A stretch of 64,000 nt of DNA from a virus (lineage: Duplodnaviria; Caudoviricetes), in IMG/VR virus record IMGVR_UViG_3300044796_000401. The stretch is one strand, 5' to 3'. Made by a program: the position numbers and the translations under genes. Shown here one piece after another: positions 9,455 to 18,665 of the stretch. The notes beneath the pieces were generated by a model. It did no database searches and was not told where the DNA came from. It saw nothing but the letters and a program-made list of their open reading frames with translations. The number at the start of each line of letters is the position of its first letter. Positions within the stretch are counted from its first letter, which is position 1.

Positions 9455-9728
9455 ATAAATAAAGCGGCAACCGATGTTTAGTTCCTGTCCGCCTCAATAC
9501 TGTGAGATTTCCAAACAGTTTTCCAGTTATGTCTACAAAGTTTGCACTTTTCCTCGGATGACATTTGCGGTTCCCGCAATGTCCAATTTGTAGAGCATCT
9601 TCACGAATTTTCTTTTCTGTGCCACACGCGCAAACAGCTTTCCAAAACCGATGATAGTTGCAGGATTCCGCTTGCTCAGTTACAGTAAGCTGCTCGAATT
9701 TTTGTCCGGTTAAGTCCTTAAACACCAT
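9455..9728 (-). pseudogene. N-terminal half of a split HNH homing endonuclease
   Basis: Two DLTG.KF..LTV repeats typical of phage HNH endonucleases; runs into the TIR at 9454; joins in frame to 13848-14337. Confidence 0.8.
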
Positions 9729-9733
9729 ATACT

Positions 9734-10705
9734 TTAATACTGTGAAAACAGGGGGTTTTTCAGCAGCTTGGTAACCTTGATGCCCTTGCCTTTGTACGGC
9801 AATTCCTTTTGCTTCTTGAGGTGCTGCCTCGCCCACTCGATCTCGCGGCGGTACAGCGGGCGGGCCTTTGGCTCCAAGGCCTCTACCGCCTTGAACATCT
9901 CACTAGAGTCGGCGGCGAGGACGGCCTTGGCCCATACCCCGAAGTCCGGGCCGCCAAGCTGGCGGACGACCTCGCTGGCGGTCAGGCGGTGGAACGTTGC
10001 GGCTTTCGTCCGGTCGGCGGTGAATGCGAACTTTTCGACTCGCGTGGCGTTTTCGGGATCGAATTCGACCGAGCTTATGTACATTTCGACGCCCGAGACG
10101 ACTTTGGGCGTTTCGACGGCGACGTGGTATCCCGCCATGATTCCCTTGGATTCTTCTTCCTCCAAGCCTGTCACCCATGAGGGCGCGGACTTCACGGGAG
10201 TTTCGTCCCAAATGTCCTGCGGTTTGAGGGGTGCGGTTTGGGTGACTTGCGATCTGGGCGCGGTCTTTTGAGCGGGCTGATGCGGGTCTTCGGCAATGGG
10301 CCTTGTAAGCAAGCTCAGGGGCTCTTGGCTATAGGCTCCAGACTGCGGTGTGGTCTGCTCCGGCATGATCGTGCGCTCGGCGGTCTTGCTGTTCACCTCG
10401 TTCGTTTCACTGGTATAGGAATCCGACTCGCCATAGTCCGGCCGCCCGCGAAGCCCGGTCACGGCACCCGAATCGTCCGTGGAGGAGCGGTGCGGAGCTT
10501 TCAGCAAATCATTGAGAAATGGATCGTCGCCGACCAACTCGCCGTGGCCGCTCCCGGCGTTGTTTACCGCGATCGCTGCGGGAGAAGCGGCCTTACTGTC
10601 AAAAAGACTGTTTTTCTGGAGTAAATCGCTCTTGGGAATCCCACTCCATGAGCCTTTGCTGCTGCGGTGGCTAGGACAATAAGAGACGCAGGCTCGTTTT
10701 GTCAT
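9734..10705 (-). CDS. Hypothetical protein (start uncertain)
   Basis: 323-aa open frame within the minus-strand block. Confidence 0.5.
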   Translation of the reverse strand: MTKRACVSYCPSHRSSKGSWSGIPKSDLLQKNSLFDSKAASPAAIAVNNAGSGHGELVGDDPFLNDLLKAPHRSSTDDSGAVTGLRGRPDYGESDSYTSETNEVNSKTAERTIMPEQTTPQSGAYSQEPLSLLTRPIAEDPHQPAQKTAPRSQVTQTAPLKPQDIWDETPVKSAPSWVTGLEEEESKGIMAGYHVAVETPKVVSGVEMYISSVEFDPENATRVEKFAFTADRTKAATFHRLTASEVVRQLGGPDFGVWAKAVLAADSSEMFKAVEALEPKARPLYRREIEWARQHLKKQKELPYKGKGIKVTKLLKNPLFSQY

Positions 10706-11025
10706 GCCCCGACCCCCTTGACCCAGTGCAAATGACGATAAACCGCCTCAACCCAAGCCGTAAACTCCTCAAGACTGTAGTTTTTCTTGGCCCAATTGCA
10801 TTTTTGGCAGCATGAGACACAGTTGCTAAATGTATAGCCCTCATCGTTGTTGCGGCGGTCTATGCCGTTGTAGATGTAGTCGCCATAATACCGACGCTTA
10901 CCGCCACCGCATGGGGAGTTCCTACTCATAGACGGCGGAGCATTGCAATAAAAACATTTCCCCTTGGCGAGAATGTCAAACTGTTCGTCTGTCAATTCGA
11001 TCTTAACACTCATTTTTGCCCTCAA
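10702..11025 (-). CDS. HNH-like endonuclease
   Basis: CFYC ... NGIDRRNNDEGYTFSNCVSCCQKCNWAK. Confidence 0.8.
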   Translation of the reverse strand: MRAKMSVKIELTDEQFDILAKGKCFYCNAPPSMSRNSPCGGGKRRYYGDYIYNGIDRRNNDEGYTFSNCVSCCQKCNWAKKNYSLEEFTAWVEAVYRHLHWVKGVGA

Positions 11026-11046
11026 ATAGGGGGCAAAAAGTCTAAT

Positions 11047-11532
11047 TTATTGCGGTTTCTTTTCTATGCCTCGAACCTTGAGCCATTCAATTTCCTGCGG
11101 ACTCAGGGGGCATGGAGGTGGGTCGCCGGGCTTCCACATGTGGATGTGGTCCGGCAGGTTGTTGAAGCTGGCGTCACGGAATCCAAGCCAGACCCATACA
11201 CTAACCATCAAGGCGTTCAAGAGATTCCATATGGCTTGCGGAAGGTGGGGCTCGCTGCGGTCGCCCTCAAGATATCGTTCGGCGTGCCGGATACCGCTAC
11301 CAACCAAGTCGGCAATTTTCATGCCGTTTTCCCAGTTGCGGTCGTCCCCGTTGCCCGTTTTACTGCGCCCCAGATTACCTATCTCATAGATGCGAGAGAC
11401 AAGAAAAACAGCCACGGTTGGCATCCACTGAGGAGCCCCCTTGCCTGTGGCCGCATCCCTCTGGGCTCCCCCAGCGTACTTGCGTTCTTCTGTGGATGTT
11501 TTCTTGAATCCTACGTCTTTGGGTTCATCCAT
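11047..11532 (-). CDS. dATP/dGTP diphosphohydrolase-domain protein (DUF5664-like)
   Basis: GAQRD...GK, RIYEIG, NWENGM, S..RH..RYL.G...E.HL..A.WN pattern. Confidence 0.7.
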   Translation of the reverse strand: MDEPKDVGFKKTSTEERKYAGGAQRDAATGKGAPQWMPTVAVFLVSRIYEIGNLGRSKTGNGDDRNWENGMKIADLVGSGIRHAERYLEGDRSEPHLPQAIWNLLNALMVSVWVWLGFRDASFNNLPDHIHMWKPGDPPPCPLSPQEIEWLKVRGIEKKPQ

Positions 11533-11544
11533 GCTTACTTAATA

Positions 11545-11808
11545 CTAGGTTTCAGGCCCGCCGGGAGGATATTTGGGATGCCGAGCGTATGGACCGCCTT
11601 CGGTTCCCGATCTGTGGTCATCATCGGGCTCTTTTTTCCAGCACAGCCGCGCGGCGACGCCGCAAAAAACGACCATGAAAATGAGAACCGCGTCGGCAAG
11701 CATCGCCACCCAATGCTGGGTGCGCGGGTTCGCCGGGATGAGAAGGCATCCCAAGCTGTAAAGCCCCACCATGGCGTACAGTATTGCGGCTGCTTTCGAT
11801 TGTGTCAT
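11545..11808 (-). CDS. Small membrane protein
   Basis: Two hydrophobic helices from MTQSKAAAIL. Confidence 0.5.
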   Translation of the reverse strand: MTQSKAAAILYAMVGLYSLGCLLIPANPRTQHWVAMLADAVLIFMVVFCGVAARLCWKKEPDDDHRSGTEGGPYARHPKYPPGGPET

Positions 11809-12017
11809 GGATGTTCTCGCAAGAATTCGTCCGTAGAACCTTCCAAGGCTCGGACATCCATCACATCCGGCCCGAATAGGGGTTCGTAGTCCATCGGCAC
11901 GGTCCAAGTGCGGGTCTCATCCCCGCGAGTCGCCGTTAAGGTCCACTCGAATGGAGCCTTGTCGGGCAGATCAGCAACGACATGCCAGCCGTTCTCCGTG
12001 AATTCCGCGTATTTCAT
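11805..12017 (-). CDS. Small hypothetical protein
   Basis: ATG after GGAGG; stop overlaps the next start. Confidence 0.55.
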   Translation of the reverse strand: MKYAEFTENGWHVVADLPDKAPFEWTLTATRGDETRTWTVPMDYEPLFGPDVMDVRALEGSTDEFLREHP

Positions 12018-12246
12018 TTGTCCTCCAACTTGTCCCGTTGTCTTATGTGCCGGTATCCCGTTATCCAGAAAAATACTAGGCCGAACTCCATGGCGAGCTT
12101 CTGGTCCCACGAGGGAGAAATGCCCCGGCGAGAGAGCAGCAAGAGAAGCAACAGCATGATCCCGGCGAAACAGAGCCACACAAACCGATTGGCGCTTCTC
12201 GCCATCTCTTCCGGCGTGTATCTATTCGCCCCCATCGTCACCAGCG

Positions 12247-12894
12247 TCAAGCGCTGGCAGCCGCCCTCTTCACGCGGTAGGGCAGCTTCGCCTTTTTCCC
12301 GCTCGCGTCCGGGTATCCGGCGTGCATCTTCGTGAGGAAGGTGCGGAGGGTGTGCGTGCAGTCCTTGCCTTCGTCCAGATAGCCGATGGCCTTGGCGATC
12401 TCCCTGGTGGTCATGGTGCCCTCGTTCCACAGCCGGGCGACCTCCAGGTAGGGGAACTTCCGCATGGGAGCCCTTGTCGGCTTGGATTCGGGCGCGGGAG
12501 CCGGGATTTCGGCCGCCTGCCGGACTTCCGGTGCCGCGGGGGCGTTGTTGTCCGCCCGCTCGAACTTCATGTCGAAGAGGGACTCGTACCGCGGCTGCTG
12601 CGCCAGTTCGCCGACGAAGCGGATCACGTCGCACGGCCTCACGCCGTGCTCGATAAGCTCGATCTTCGAGCGGGTGCTGGCTCCCTCCTCGACGGAGTGC
12701 TGCTGCATGACCTCTTCCTTGAAATAGGACTCGCGCAGGTTCCGCACGTCCCAGTTCTTGAACGTGCGCTTGTCTCCCTTCGGAAACGTGATCTCCGTCT
12801 CCTGCTCGAAGACGCGGTACTTCACGCTGGCGGTCTGCTCCGGGTAGTCGTCGATCCGGAACTTGACGGTGATGGAACGCAAGGTCGGTGTCAT
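12247..12894 (-). CDS. Hypothetical protein, possible C-terminal HTH
   Basis: 215-aa ORF; upstream TTGACG-16-TATACT promoter on the minus strand; LWNEG.MTTREIAKAIG segment. Confidence 0.6.
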   Translation of the reverse strand: MTPTLRSITVKFRIDDYPEQTASVKYRVFEQETEITFPKGDKRTFKNWDVRNLRESYFKEEVMQQHSVEEGASTRSKIELIEHGVRPCDVIRFVGELAQQPRYESLFDMKFERADNNAPAAPEVRQAAEIPAPAPESKPTRAPMRKFPYLEVARLWNEGTMTTREIAKAIGYLDEGKDCTHTLRTFLTKMHAGYPDASGKKAKLPYRVKRAAASA

Positions 12895-12991
12895 TTCTCC
12901 GCTGCCTTTCTGACAATCAAGTCGTTTTCCCTCCGAGTGGATTACCTGTCCCAGTATACTGCGTTTTCCAAATTCGTCAAGCCCTATTTTG

Positions 12992-13847
12992 GGGAATTAT
13001 CCCTTTGAGTCCACACCCAGCAGGATTAGGACTAGGACGAAAGCAAATGCTTAAGCTGCACCATCACCGTCGGAATATCCTCCATGCCACAAAGCGCAAG
13101 GCAGAAAATGCCAGTATCGTCCATGTAAACCCGCATCTGCTCCGCCAACCCGGCGGCATCGCCGTCATCCGCCTTGACCTCAATGGCGACTAGGGCCTTC
13201 CCTTTTCCGACAACAACATCCATAAACTTGCCGCTCGGTGTCTTGACATTGTGGCGGATTTTCGCTTCAGGAATCTCCGTCCGAATATGGTGGTGGAATT
13301 CCGCCTCCACATCCCGCTCAGTGATATGAGCAAAGTCAATAGCGTACTCCAATTCCCGCTCAACCTCACCCTCCTCAGAATCCTTTTCTGCCGGGTTATG
13401 GGACTGTTTAGCCGTCTCTCTCCCCTCCTCCTCGGACAAAGTGCAACCCATGTCCAGAGATTTCTGGGTCAGCCCCCACTGCCCATACTCCAGTGCAGGT
13501 CTTGTCGAACGATTATCAACATAGCCGGACTTCTTTAGCCGTGTGAGTGCCCAAGCTAGGTCATAATCCAACCCAAACTTGTGACTTTTGTTTGGGGAGG
13601 GCTTAGACAGTTCTTCCGTTGAAAATTTTTTGTGCGTTTGAAAGTAGTCAAAAATAGCGAAGCGAGTAGCGGTGCCTCCGAGTTCTCGAAGGGCACTAAG
13701 TGTTGGATTAAGCAACCGCGTCTCTATCGTATCAGTCATCATTTTCCTCTATCCGTAGTATACAGCCGAGGAGGGATTTTAGCTAGCTGTATTGTGTTGA
13801 AAACAAGCTAGTTATGAGATATTTGTGGACTCAAAGGGATAATTCCC
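12992..13847 (-). mobile_element. Non-autonomous IS1595-type cassette carrying an Mrr-like gene
   Basis: Perfect 23-bp inverted repeats GGGAATTATCCCTTTGAGTCCAC; no transposase; internal TAGCTA-17-TATACT promoter. Confidence 0.88.
13032..13742 (-). CDS. Mrr N-terminal domain plus PD-(D/E)XK-like nuclease
   Basis: LSALRELGG...LAWALTRLKKSGYVDN...GQWGLT resembles Mrr_N; C-terminal MDVVV...AIEVKA motif. Confidence 0.7.
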   Translation of the reverse strand: MMTDTIETRLLNPTLSALRELGGTATRFAIFDYFQTHKKFSTEELSKPSPNKSHKFGLDYDLAWALTRLKKSGYVDNRSTRPALEYGQWGLTQKSLDMGCTLSEEEGRETAKQSHNPAEKDSEEGEVERELEYAIDFAHITERDVEAEFHHHIRTEIPEAKIRHNVKTPSGKFMDVVVGKGKALVAIEVKADDGDAAGLAEQMRVYMDDTGIFCLALCGMEDIPTVMVQLKHLLSS

Positions 13848-14337
13848 TTATTTATGCCTATGCTCCTGCAACAATCAAACGGAGGTTACTAGTGGCAGTT
13901 TGCTAAATGGGAGAACGAAAAGTTGCGGATGCATTCAGCGTCAAAGCGCCTCAGAAACAGCGATAAAATCGCGTAAAAGACCGTATGAAGCGTTTTACAA
14001 CCAACTGATGCGCAACGCAAAGAAGAGAAATCTGGTAGTTGACATTTTATATGAAGCCTTTCTTGAGTACACAAAACAGCCTAACTGCCATTATTGTACC
14101 GACCCAGTAATGTGGGTTGAATACAGGGAACAAAACACGAGAGGCTCCAAAGTGGGGCGCTGTGGTTATCATTTAGACCGTAAAGATAGTAGCCTTGGTT
14201 ATTTGAAAGCGAATGTTGTTGTGGCATGTGCTCGCTGCAATTGGAGTAAATCAGATCGGTTTTCATACGAAGAGTGGTTTGTTATGACCGCTCCGTTAAG
14301 GTTCAAGGGGAATCCCACCCCATCGAACCAGCGCTGA
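13848..14337 (+). pseudogene. C-terminal half of the split HNH endonuclease
   Basis: YLCLCSC...LLNGRTKSCGC...CHYC...LDRKDSSLGYLKANVVVACARCN; starts at the TIR with TTATTTAT. Confidence 0.8.
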
Positions 14338-14423
14338 GGATTTCTTGGCGGTGGATCGTTACAGAAATCAGCAATTTGTTGCTGCGGCTAGCTAAAATTC
14401 CCTGGCTCGTGTATACTAGGAAT

Positions 14424-15032
14424 ATGGAGCCTCTCGAATTAGCGATCATTAAGGCCGTCCAAGCCCATGCCGGACAGCGTGACGCTGACGGCTCCCTCCA
14501 CATCGCCCACTGTATCTCAGTCATGGTGCTCAGCCAAAAGGAGGCCTACGAGAAGTGTCCTAGCGGTGTATCAGTTGAAGACCTCCAGTGTGCCGCCATA
14601 CTGCATGATACCATCGAAGATAGCGGCACAACCTTGGAAGAAATTTGCGCCGAGTTCGGCGATATAGTAGCGAACACGGTGGATGCTTTGTCCCACCGCA
14701 AGGGAGAATCCTACCGGGACTACATCTACCGCTGCAAATCCGATCCCGCCGCCCGGCTCATCAAGATTTGCGACCTGCTGCACAACATGAGCCGCACGCA
14801 CAAAGTCAGCGCCAAGAAAGCAAGCTGGCGGGAAAAGCTGGAATATAAATACCGCATTGCCTCGCTGGTGCTCAACGGCAAGTGGGAGCCCACGTGGGAG
14901 GGAGCGTCCTATGAGGTCCGCTACGAGGATGCCACCGCACGGTTCTACATCGCCGACCCCGACGGCAAAGAAATCGAGATCACCGAGAAGGAAGCGAAAA
15001 ATGTCAAGGCCAGCTTTAAGATCAGCAATTGA
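14424..15032 (+). CDS. HD-domain hydrolase (RelA/SpoT hydrolase, Mesh1-like)
   Basis: AH.GQRD...HI.H, AAILHDTIEDS, V.ALSH, IKICDLLHN motifs; leaderless start 6 nt after TATACT. Confidence 0.8.
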   Translation: MEPLELAIIKAVQAHAGQRDADGSLHIAHCISVMVLSQKEAYEKCPSGVSVEDLQCAAILHDTIEDSGTTLEEICAEFGDIVANTVDALSHRKGESYRDYIYRCKSDPAARLIKICDLLHNMSRTHKVSAKKASWREKLEYKYRIASLVLNGKWEPTWEGASYEVRYEDATARFYIADPDGKEIEITEKEAKNVKASFKISN

Positions 15033-15320
15033 CTGGTGCTACAGGAAGAGGATTATCACCATCCTTGTGCTGCTCCTCACTCTGCTGTTCGCGCTTTTCG
15101 CCACGGCTTCGGGGCTGGTTATCTGCCCGGAGCACGGCGTCAAGTCGGCCTTCACGGGCAACAGGCAGGTGGTCTTCAACGGCTCCAAGCGTCACGATTA
15201 TTGCGAGTACAGTCACGTTCTTCGTGATTTATCTGGCACTCACAAGTTTTGGTCCGACTGCGAATAAATTCGTTTGACTCTCCGCCCCTCGTCCCTTAAA
15301 CTTGTAGGGGATGGGAACAA

Positions 15321-15650
15321 ATGATCGCCGAGTTCCTCAAGCTCGTGTTCCTGAGCATCGCCTGCGGGGCGATCAGCATGACGATCTCGAAGTCCGTGGC
15401 GTTCGCGCCCCTGCGCAGGCGGGTCAAGGCCCGGAGCGCCTTCCTCGGCGGGGGGCTGGCATGCCCCTACTGCACGAGCCATTGGGTGGCGCTCGCCTTG
15501 ATGCTTATTTACTTTCCACGACCGCTGCATTGTGGTATTACTGTCATTGACTTCCTTGTCGGGACCATGATGGTCGTCGCTCTGGCGTCGGCGACAGCAT
15601 GGATGATCTATTCCGCCTACGCGGCTATGGCAGCCCCGGAGGAGCAATGA
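15321..15650 (+). CDS. DUF1360-like membrane protein
   Basis: GLACPYCTSHWVA motif between TM helices. Confidence 0.6.
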   Translation: MIAEFLKLVFLSIACGAISMTISKSVAFAPLRRRVKARSAFLGGGLACPYCTSHWVALALMLIYFPRPLHCGITVIDFLVGTMMVVALASATAWMIYSAYAAMAAPEEQ

Positions 15651-15820
15651 CCGCCAAAGACAAGAAACTGCTCGCCGTATTCCTGTTTACCCTCGTTGCA
15701 GGCGCAACTGCCGCTGTGCAGATCGCCCACCATAACTGGGGCGGGCTGTTCATGACGGCGGCCGCCGCCGTATGGTGCATTCTGTATGCGCAGCATGTGG
15801 ACGACTGGGAGGTCAAATGA
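15647..15820 (+). CDS. Small two-TM protein
   Basis: MTAKDKKLL...; ATGA overlaps at both ends. Confidence 0.5.
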   Translation: MTAKDKKLLAVFLFTLVAGATAAVQIAHHNWGGLFMTAAAAVWCILYAQHVDDWEVK

Positions 15821-17001
15821 ACGTTCAGCAGCAGATAGTCGATCTCAACGCCCGGCTCAGGGAAGCGAGCGAGGCGTACTACAAGAAGAACCAGCCCATC
15901 ACGCCGGATGCGGACTTCGACGCGCTGGAGCGCCAGCTAAGGGATTTGGTCGAGCGGCACCCGGAATTCGCCGAGTACGCGCCCATGCTTTCCTCGGTCG
16001 GCAGCGATCTCAGTGGTGGCCGTATTCCACATGCCCGACCGATGTTGTCCATCGAAAACAAATACGACAAGAATGAGATCGTTGAATTCTTTCGGTCTTT
16101 GCCGAGCCCCAGAGCGATTTTAGAAGAGCCAAAACGCGACGGCATCAGTGCTTGCCTCAGTTTCAAAAACGGCAAATTGGCAAGGGCTCTTTCCCGCGGG
16201 GACGGACAGGCCGGGGAAGACATGACGGCACAGTTTAACGCGCTGAAGAACGTTCCCAAGGAACTATTCGGCTACGGTGTCTCCTTTGTTCCCCCCAAGC
16301 CGCCCATCAATCTTTGTGTATGCGGCGAGCTTGTCATGCGGAAAACGGAACTGGATCGCATCAACGGGGCTGCCCGTGCCGGGAGCGGGAAAGAATACAC
16401 CAGTACGAGGAATCTGGTGGCGGGGACAATGAAACAGAAAAACTTACCCGTGGTCGCTTCCCGCGACATTCGGTTCATTCCGTGGGACGTATATTCGCCC
16501 GACCAAGATGACAAGCTTCCAGACAGCGCCTACGACCGCATGAAGCTGCTTGAAAAAATGGGACTCCCAGGCTTTGACGGCACGCTAGTTACGAAAGAGG
16601 ATCGAATCATTGAAGTGCTGAATGAAATCCTCCTGTTTAATGAAAAATCGGACATTGCGGCGGATGGCGTAGTTGCCAAAGTGGACAGTCACGAACTTCG
16701 CCGAGAATTGGGGATCGGCAGCAAATTTACAAACTGGATGTGCTGTTTCAAGCCTCAGAATTTGGCGGCAATTACCCGTCTTCGGAACGTTATTTGGCAA
16801 ACTGGAAGGGGCGGAAAAGTCACACCGGTGGGGATTGTCGATCCAGTGACGCTCGGCGGGGCCGTGGTGACGAGAGTTACTTTGAACAACCTTAGCTGGA
16901 TTCGCAGCATGAATTTGAAGATCAACAGCCGCATAAAACTTGTAAGAAGCGGGGATGTAATTCCCATGGTTGCGGAGAACTTGGACGGCAAAGAGATTTG
17001 A
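15817..17001 (+). CDS. ligA: NAD-dependent DNA ligase, N-terminal part (adenylation and OB-fold domains)
   Basis: YY...P...DADFDAL, H.RPMLSI, EPKRDG (KxDG), SRGDG..GED, DGVVAK, WQTGRGGKVTPV, RSGDVIP; stops just after the OB fold. Confidence 0.93.
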   Translation: MNVQQQIVDLNARLREASEAYYKKNQPITPDADFDALERQLRDLVERHPEFAEYAPMLSSVGSDLSGGRIPHARPMLSIENKYDKNEIVEFFRSLPSPRAILEEPKRDGISACLSFKNGKLARALSRGDGQAGEDMTAQFNALKNVPKELFGYGVSFVPPKPPINLCVCGELVMRKTELDRINGAARAGSGKEYTSTRNLVAGTMKQKNLPVVASRDIRFIPWDVYSPDQDDKLPDSAYDRMKLLEKMGLPGFDGTLVTKEDRIIEVLNEILLFNEKSDIAADGVVAKVDSHELRRELGIGSKFTNWMCCFKPQNLAAITRLRNVIWQTGRGGKVTPVGIVDPVTLGGAVVTRVTLNNLSWIRSMNLKINSRIKLVRSGDVIPMVAENLDGKEI

Positions 17002-17019
17002 TGTACAATAGACGAATGT

Positions 17020-17102
17020 GGTGGGATTTGGTAAGGTCAGGTACGGCTGGGTTAGGTTTGGTAAGGTATGGGGCGCATGTGCGGAGCATTCCGTACATGC
17101 GC
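17020..17102 (+). ncRNA. GGY-NN pentamer repeat array with a 3' hairpin (VIPR-like guide RNA candidate)
   Basis: Eight consecutive perfect units GGTAA GGTCA GGTAC GGCTG GGTTA GGTTT GGTAA GGTAT (17030-17069) with degenerate flanking units; hairpin GCGCATGT-GCGGA-GCAT-TCCGT-ACATGCGC (17073-17102); TACAAT -10 box at 17004. Confidence 0.75.
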
Positions 17103-17122
17103 CAGTATAAAGAGAGGAGTAC

Positions 17123-17782
17123 ATGGGAGTATCAGCTAAAGCGGCTAAAGAACGGCCTTTGACAGATGTAACGACGCCTACGAACGGAGCGGAAGGCACT
17201 ATTGGCATTGAGGAACCGTATACCGCAGAGACGACCATCCAAGGAACAGCCGATCTGCTTTTCCACGGTTGGAATGTGGAAGCGATTGAAGAAAAATCTA
17301 AGGCTTCTAAGGGTTCGGAAGCGAAGAAGACCGACAACATTGAAACTTATGTTCTTCGTGACAATGACGGATTCATTTGTCTTCCTTCGGAATATCTTCG
17401 GATGTCCATTGTCAACGCTGCCCGGCGCAAGCAGGACCCGAGTTCCCCCCGCAAATCAGCATATGATCCGTTCAAGGCAAGCGTCATAGCCTTGGAACCA
17501 CTAGTTCCCACTATAAACGCCAAGGGCGAAAAAACGAAAGAGTGGGATTTTGCCCACAAATGCCGGGTTCAAGTGCAACGCAGCGGGATTGCTCGTTGCC
17601 GCCCAGCGTTTCACAAAGGATGGAGGGCGACAGTTCAATTAATGGTCATGACGCCCGAATACATCTCGCAGGATTTGCTTCACGATGTTGCCGAAAAGGC
17701 GGGACGGTTAAACGGTGTGGGCGACTACCGTCCCACACATGGACGATTCCGCATCGTCCGTTGGGAGATCGCTAATGCCTGA
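17123..17782 (+). CDS. Stand-alone Cas7-like/RAMP-fold protein (Vipr-like)
   Basis: N-terminal TIQGTADLLFHGW strand, GFICLPSEYLRMSIVNAA, and C-terminal Gly-rich loop AGRLNGVGDYRPTHGRF; AGAGGAG Shine-Dalgarno. Confidence 0.75.
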   Translation: MGVSAKAAKERPLTDVTTPTNGAEGTIGIEEPYTAETTIQGTADLLFHGWNVEAIEEKSKASKGSEAKKTDNIETYVLRDNDGFICLPSEYLRMSIVNAARRKQDPSSPRKSAYDPFKASVIALEPLVPTINAKGEKTKEWDFAHKCRVQVQRSGIARCRPAFHKGWRATVQLMVMTPEYISQDLLHDVAEKAGRLNGVGDYRPTHGRFRIVRWEIANA

Positions 17783-18665
17783 TTTGGTGGAAATCGTTCC
17801 CCCATTCGATTGTCCGGAATGCCGCACCCCTCTCGAAGAGTCGGACGAAGGGGGTGCTGGCATTCTTATTCACTGTTGTCCCAACGCGAGGTGTCCTGGC
17901 CGGATTCGGGGCACCTTGACTTTCATCGGCAGCCGTGAAATTTTGGAAATTGATAACCTGGGACCGGAATCCGCAACCTCACTGATCAAGTTTGGTGTTC
18001 ACGATCTCGGAGAACTGTATACTTTCCAGTCAGAGGCCCTAACCAGCGCTGCGGTTTCCGGTGAAGAGGCCTTCGTCGAACACATGCGGAAGGCTGGGTT
18101 CGACATTACGATCCTCAAGCTGGTCAAGTCCTTGGAGCGGGCTAAAACCGCTTCTTGGGGGCGCTGGATCGCAGCAATGGGCATTCCCATGATCGGTCGC
18201 ACCCTCGGTAAGCCGATTGCCACCGCGCTTGACCTCGGACCCGAAGATATGGCAAACTTGCCGGGCAAGCTGCTCCTTTTGCCGAAGCTGGGCGTTGAAG
18301 GACTGGGAGAAGCGAAGCTCGGTTCCATTTGCGAATGGGCCAACGATCCCAGCAACCAAAAAATGTGCTATACTCTATACGAAAGGGGAATCAGACCTAT
18401 GTCAGTGGAAAAACCGAAAGCCTCCGCCCCATTGAGCGGAGTTATATTTTGTATTACGGGAGCCTTCGTGGAAGGTCGTGATTCGATAACGAAAAAGCTG
18501 GAGAGCCTTGGTGCTGTAGCGAAATCCAGCGTTAGCAAGAAAATCAACCTTCTAATCGTGGGGGACGACGCGGGCAGCAAGCTCGACAAAGCCAAATCCC
18601 TCGGCATTCGAACCGTAGGCGGAGACTGGCTGGCCAAGACGCTAGCGGAGAACGGACTCGCGTGA
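17775..18665 (+). CDS. ligA: NAD-dependent DNA ligase, C-terminal part (Zn finger, HhH, BRCT)
   Basis: CPEC...CPNARCP, EIDNLGP, GIPMIGRT, GLGE, and BRCT FCITG...SVSKKINLLIVGDDAGSKLDKA..LGI. Confidence 0.92.
   Translation: MPDLVEIVPPFDCPECRTPLEESDEGGAGILIHCCPNARCPGRIRGTLTFIGSREILEIDNLGPESATSLIKFGVHDLGELYTFQSEALTSAAVSGEEAFVEHMRKAGFDITILKLVKSLERAKTASWGRWIAAMGIPMIGRTLGKPIATALDLGPEDMANLPGKLLLLPKLGVEGLGEAKLGSICEWANDPSNQKMCYTLYERGIRPMSVEKPKASAPLSGVIFCITGAFVEGRDSITKKLESLGAVAKSSVSKKINLLIVGDDAGSKLDKAKSLGIRTVGGDWLAKTLAENGLA

Noticed and set aside
17002-17774. Group I or II intron in ligA
   Set aside because: No recognisable intron core; the N-half has a stop and the C-half its own coupled ATG. Only RT-PCR can fully exclude it.
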